This document shows, piece after piece, positions 60,537-64,000 of a DNA stretch of 64,000 nucleotides (position 1 is the stretch's first letter; every line of letters begins with the position of its first letter). Source of the DNA: Squalus acanthias (lineage: Eukaryota); NCBI GenBank assembly GCA_030390025.1, contig CM059431.1, forward strand, positions 134,356,001 to 134,420,000. The letters are read 5' to 3'. Both the position numbers and the translations under genes were made by a program. The notes beneath the pieces are model-generated. The model had not been told where the DNA came from. It made no database searches and saw only the letters and a list, made by a program, of their open reading frames with translations.

Positions 60537-63500
60537 AGGAATTTAAATTCAGTTAATTAAATAAATCTGGAATAAAAAGCTAGTATCAGTAATGGTAACC
60601 ATGAAACTATCGGATTGTCGTAAAAAGCCATCTGGTTCACTAATGTCCTTTTTAGGGAAGGAAACCTGCTATCCTTACCTGGTCTGGCCTACATGTGACA
60701 GCAATGTGGTTGACTCTTAACTGCCCTCTGAAATGGCCTAGCAAGCAACTCAGTTGTAACAAACTGCTACGAAACACAATAATAAGAAAGAAACCGGACA
60801 GACCACCGGCTACAGAAACTGCAATGGCACACCCAGCTCAACATCTGGGGACTTGTGCCAAAATTGGAAGAGATGTCCCACAGACTAGTCAAGCAACATC
60901 CTGACAGTCATACTCACAGAATCATACCTTTCAGCCAATGTCCCAAACTCCTCCATCACCATCCCACCGGCAGGACAGACCTGTGGCGGCACAGTGGTAT
61001 ACAGTCGGGAAGGAGTAGCCCTGGGAGTCTTCAACATTGACTCATGGCTTCAGGTCAAGCATGGGCAAGGAAACCTGCTGATTACCACCTACTGCCCTCC
61101 CTCAGCTGATGAATCACCATGTTGAACACCACTTGGAAGAAGCACTGAGAGTAGCAAGGGCACAGAATGTACTCTGGGTGGGGGACTTCAATGTAGCACC
61201 ACTACTGACCGAGCGGGCCGAGTCCTGAAGGACATAGCTGCCAGTCTGGGCCTGTGACAGGTGGTGAGAGAACCAACACGAGGGAAAAACCTACCTGACC
61301 TCGTCCTCACCGATCTACCTGTCGCAGATGCATCTGTCCATGACAGTATTGGTAACAGTGACCACCGCACAGTCATTGTGAAGACGAAGTCCTGTCTTCA
61401 CACTGAGGACACCCTCCATCGTGTTGTGTGGCACTACCACCGTGCTAAATGGGATAGATTCAGAACAGATCTAGCAGCTCAAAACTGGGCATCCATGAGG
61501 TGCTGTGGGTCAGCAGCAGCAACAGAATTGTATTCCACCACAATCTGTAACCTCATGGCCCGGCATATCCCTCACTCTACCATTACCATCAAGCCAGGGG
61601 ATCGACCCTGGTTCAATAAGGAGTGTAGAAGAGCATGCCAGGAGCAGCACCAGGCATACCTAAAAATAAGGTGCCAACCTGGGGAAGCTGCAACACAGGA
61701 CTACATGCATGCTAAAAAGCACAAGCAGCATGCTATAGACAGGGCTAAGTGATCCCACAATCAACAGATCAGATCAAAGCTCTGCAGTCCTCCCACATCC
61801 AGTCGTGAATGGTGGTGGACCATTCAACAACTAACGGGAGGAGGATGCTCCATGAATATCCCCATCCTCAATGATGGTGGAGCCCAGCACGTGAGTGCAA
61901 AAGGAAAGGCTGAAGCGTTTGCAACCATCTTTAGCCAGAAGAGCCGAGTGGATGATCCACATCGGCCTACTCCTGAGGTCCCCACCATCACAGAAGTCTG
62001 TCTTCAGCCCATTCAATTCACTCCACGTGATATCAAGAAACGGCTGAGCGCACTGGATACAGCAAAGGCTATGGGCTCCGACAACATCCCGGCTATCGTG
62101 CTGAAGACCTGTGCTCCAGAACTAGCTGCGCCTCTAGCCAAGCTGTTCCAGTACAGCTACAACACTGGCATCTATCCGACAATGTGGAAAACTGCCCAGG
62201 TATGTCCTGTCCGCAAAAAGCAGGACGAATCCAATCCGGCCAATTACCGCCCCATCAGTCTACTCTCAATCATCAGCAAAGTGATGGAAGGTGTCATCGA
62301 CAGTGCGATCAAGCAGTACTTACTCACCAATAACCTGCTCACTAATGCCCAGTTTGGGTTCCGCCAAGATCACTTGGCTCCCAACCTCATTACAGCCTTG
62401 GTCCAAACATGGACAAAGGAGCTGAATTCCAGAGGTGAGGTGAAAGTGACTGCCCTGGACATCAAGGCAGCATTTGACCAAGTGTGGCATCAAGGAGCCC
62501 TAGTAAAACTGAAGTAAATGGGAATTGGGGGGAAAACTCTCCACTGTTTGGAGTCATACCAAGCACAAAGGAAGATGGTTGTGGTGGTTGAAGGTCAATC
62601 ATCACAGCCCCAGGACATTGCTGCAGGAGTTCCTCAGGACAGTGTCCTAGGCCCAATCATCTTCAGCTGCTTCATCAATAATCTTCCCTCCAACATAAAG
62701 TCAGAAATGGGGATGTTCGCTGATGACTGCACAGTGTTCAGTGCCATTCACAACTTTTCAGATAATGAAGCAGTCCGTGCCCGCATGCAACAAGACCTGG
62801 ATGACATTCAGGCTTGGGCTGTTAAGTGGCAGGTAACATTCGTGCCAGGCAATGACTATCTCCAACAAGCGAGAGTCTAACCACTGCCCCTTGACATTCA
62901 ATGGCATTACCATCACTGAATCCCCCACCATCAACATCCTGGGGGTCACCATTGACCAGAAACTTAACTGGACCAGCCACATAAATACTGTGGCAACAAG
63001 AGCAGGTCAGAGGCTAGGTATTCTGCGGCGAGTGTCTCACCTCCTGACTCACCAAAGCCTTTCCACCATCTACAAGGCACAAGTAAAGAGTGTGATGGAA
63101 TACTCTCCACTTGCCTGGATGAGTGCAGCTCCAACAACACTCAAGAAGCTTGACACCATCCAGGACAAAGCAGCCCGCTTGATTGGCACTCCATCCACCA
63201 CCTTAAACATTCACTCCCCCCACCACCGGCATACCGTGGCTACAGTGTGTACCATCTACAAGATGCACTGCAGCAACTCGCCAAGGCTTCTTCGGCAGCA
63301 CTTCCCAAACCCGTGACCTCTTCCGCCTAGAAGGACAAGGGCAGCAGCCGCATGGGAACACCACCACCTCCAAGTTCCCCTCCAAGTCTCTCACCATCCT
63401 GACTTAGAAGTATATCGCCGATCCTTCATCGTCGCTGGGTCGAAATCCTGGAACTCCCTACCTAACAGCACTGTGGGAGTATCTTCACCACACGGACTGC

Positions 63501-63610
63501 TGTGGTTCAAGAAGGCAGCTCACCACCACCTTCTCGAGGGCAATTAGGGATGGGCAATAAATGCTGGCCTTGCCAACGATGCCCACATCCTATAAATGAA
63601 TTAAAAAAAC
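60537..63610 (+). mobile_element. CR1-group LINE, APE+RT only, with no ORF1 after a SINE-like 5' segment
   Basis: WVGDFN, PTRGKNLPDLVLT, SDH, NYRPISLLS, ALDIKAAFD, GVPQDSVLGP, FADD; tail gggcaattagggatgggcaataaatgctggcc. Confidence 0.88.
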
Positions 63611-63723
63611 TAAACTTCTTCGTTTAACCCACTCCCCTAACTTAGAGAGAAAAGAGACAAAATTATTTACTCAACTTTAACAAGAACATATGAGATACTA
63701 AAAACAAAGAACCTAAATATTTT

Positions 63724-63743
63724 ATATATATATATATATATAT
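63724..63743. repeat. (TA)n microsatellite
   Basis: About 10 TA units. Confidence 0.9.
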
Positions 63744-63899
63744 AAAAACTTAGAGTCCTTCTTCTGAGTTGGACGTGAGAAACCGCCTTCCTCCTCTGCA
63801 CCAAATTTCTACTATCACCAAATTCTTTCACTCTGCTTGCGATTAACTCCAAATTCGCTTCACCCAGCTTTGTCTTCAAGCTCTGTGCTTAATCAAAAC

Positions 63900-64000
63900 T
63901 CTTTGCAAGTACTTTTTGAAGTGCATTCACTGTTGTAGTGTAGGAAACACAGCAACCAATTTGCACACAGCAAGGTCCCACAAACACCAATGTGATAATG
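63900..64000 (-). mobile_element. Deu-domain SINE tail running off the window
   Basis: aagtactttttgaagtg...cacagcaaggtcccacaaac..aatgtgataatg. Confidence 0.75.

Noticed and set aside
52286..64000. Final DNAJC3 coding exon (expected EMR..FD.GEDPLD-like sequence)
   Set aside because: No such phase-1 exon was found by eye. The acceptor-like site at ~56500 gives an immediate stop. The last exon is probably beyond the window.

Overview
Eukaryotic genomic DNA, most likely from a shark or other cartilaginous fish (inferred from the repeat families: abundant CR1 LINEs, a SacSINE1/AmnSINE1-like Deu-domain SINE, Penelope-like elements). The whole window lies inside one + strand gene, DNAJC3 (P58IPK, ER TPR/J-domain co-chaperone). 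Nine coding exons corresponding to exons 3-11 splice in frame, and the intron after exon 5 has a non-canonical GC donor. Exons 1-2 and the last exon were not found in the window. Most long ORFs in the track are fragments of decayed retrotransposons (CR1, L2, RTE, Penelope, a Tx1-like relic), often nested several layers deep, mixed with DNA-transposon derivatives (pogo/Tigger-like MITEs, Harbinger elements, a hAT-like element) and a probable solo LTR. The most notable observations are: a ~500-bp mini-Penelope carrying two oppositely oriented minimal hammerhead ribozymes; a further intact hammerhead in the sense of the pre-mRNA; a tRNA-headed SINE made from both ends of an ORF1-less LINE that is also in the window; a CR1 with a tandemly duplicated, strongly A>G/T>C-mutated 3' UTR; and a candidate SINE-derived poison exon. 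All alignments were done by eye and no database searches were run.
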